Shown here piece by piece: positions 63,171-64,000 of a DNA stretch of 64,000 bases. Made by a program: the position numbers and the translations under genes. This DNA comes from an uncultured Acidobacteriota bacterium. GTDB taxonomy: Bacteria > Acidobacteriota > Blastocatellia > RBC074. The stretch lies in assembly GCA_963796275.1 (NCBI GenBank), contig CAWCKY010000004.1, positions 1,152,001 to 1,216,000 of the forward strand, written 5' to 3'. Below the pieces are notes generated by a model. It did not search any database. It saw only the letters and a list, made by a program, of their open reading frames with translations, and was not told the origin of the DNA. Position 1 is the stretch's first letter. Each line of letters begins with the position of its first letter.

Positions 63171-64000
63171 ATGACCAAAGCAAGCCGGTTAATTGTATTT
63201 TTCACCCTACTGGTTCTTAACCTATGGACAGGGGCGCGGGCGCAATCGCAAATCACCACCGGTGTGATTCAGGGCACCGTGACCGATGAGGCGGGAGCAG
63301 TCATCCCGGGCGCGCAGATCGAGATAAAAAATCTCGACTTCAATCTCAATAAAATTCTGATAACCGACGTGAACGGGCGTTTCGTCTTTCTTCAGCTGCA
63401 ACCGGGGCGGTACGCGATGACGATCTCGCGACAGGGTTATGCCACGCTGGTTCAAGAGAATCTCACGCTCACCGTAGGACAGACGATCACGTACAATGTC
63501 GACCTCAAGATATCTCAAGTTCAGGAGCGCGTTACGATCACGGCCGCGCCGTTCATCGATATCACCAAAACGGAATCGGCAACTACGCTTAATGAGACGA
63601 CGGTCAGCACTACGCCGATTCTCGGGCGGAAATTCGAAGATCTTCTTACGCTGACGCCCGGTGTAAGCATCACCCAAGGGCCTGACGGCGATGAGATCAA
63701 CTTCAACGGGCAGCGTGGAATATTCAATAACATCAGCCTGGATGGCGGCGATTACAACAACGGATTTTTCGGAGAGCAGGTCGGCGGCCAACGCGCTGCG
63801 ATCGACATTACGCTCGAAGCGGTCAAGGAGTTTCAGGTCGTCGCAACCGGGGCGAGCGCCGAATTCGGACGGACAGCCGGCGGGGTCGTAAACGTCATCA
63901 CAAAATCGGGCACCAACGATTTTCACGGCAGCATATTTTACTTTCAGCGGGCCGAGGCCTTGTCATCGGATACATCAGACGGCCAACCTCTCACAGATTT
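63171..64000 (+). CDS. TonB-dependent receptor (Oar type), N-terminal part, truncated by the window end
   Basis: Not in the ORF track. Read directly: MTKASRLIV...AQSQITTGVIQGTVTDEAGAVIPGA...EFGRTAGGVVNVITKSGTNDFHG. Confidence 0.92.
   Translation, partial: MTKASRLIVFFTLLVLNLWTGARAQSQITTGVIQGTVTDEAGAVIPGAQIEIKNLDFNLNKILITDVNGRFVFLQLQPGRYAMTISRQGYATLVQENLTLTVGQTITYNVDLKISQVQERVTITAAPFIDITKTESATTLNETTVSTTPILGRKFEDLLTLTPGVSITQGPDGDEINFNGQRGIFNNISLDGGDYNNGFFGEQVGGQRAAIDITLEAVKEFQVVATGASAEFGRTAGGVVNVITKSGTNDFHGSIFYFQRAEALSSDTSDGQPLTD

Overview
A 64-kb bacterial chromosomal window, most likely Acidobacteriota (Blastocatellia-like). This is inferred from Oar-type TonB-dependent receptors, acidobacterial VWA proteins and the gene mix. 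The left end is a mobile-element stack: an internally deleted group II intron beside a hairpin, then an IS630. Housekeeping genes include rpsO-pnp, radA, ribH-nusB and resB/ccsA. The best candidate for an undescribed system is a four-gene minus-strand operon (11538-18453): a tandem cNMP-binding/4x[4Fe-4S]/diheme-b-like membrane protein, an FHA-heptaheme c cytochrome, a stand-alone ClpX-like ATPase, and a membrane-anchored, circularly permuted TrxR-like flavoprotein with ferredoxin and zinc-ribbon modules. Together these look like a signal-gated trans-membrane electron conduit. Also notable are two promoter-to-terminator units with no convincing ORF (candidate sRNAs, one with a class II CRP box beside a Crp gene), a hemicentin/VWA7-like protein, many families of 7-9-bp tandem/inverted repeats that also appear in-frame inside genes, and an apparent CcsA-GT-C fusion. 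Single-base frameshifts in pnp, nusB and the IS630 suggest residual assembly indel errors, so all disruptions and fusions need read-level checks. No rRNA, tRNA or CRISPR array was seen. All protein calls come from motif recognition, not database searches.
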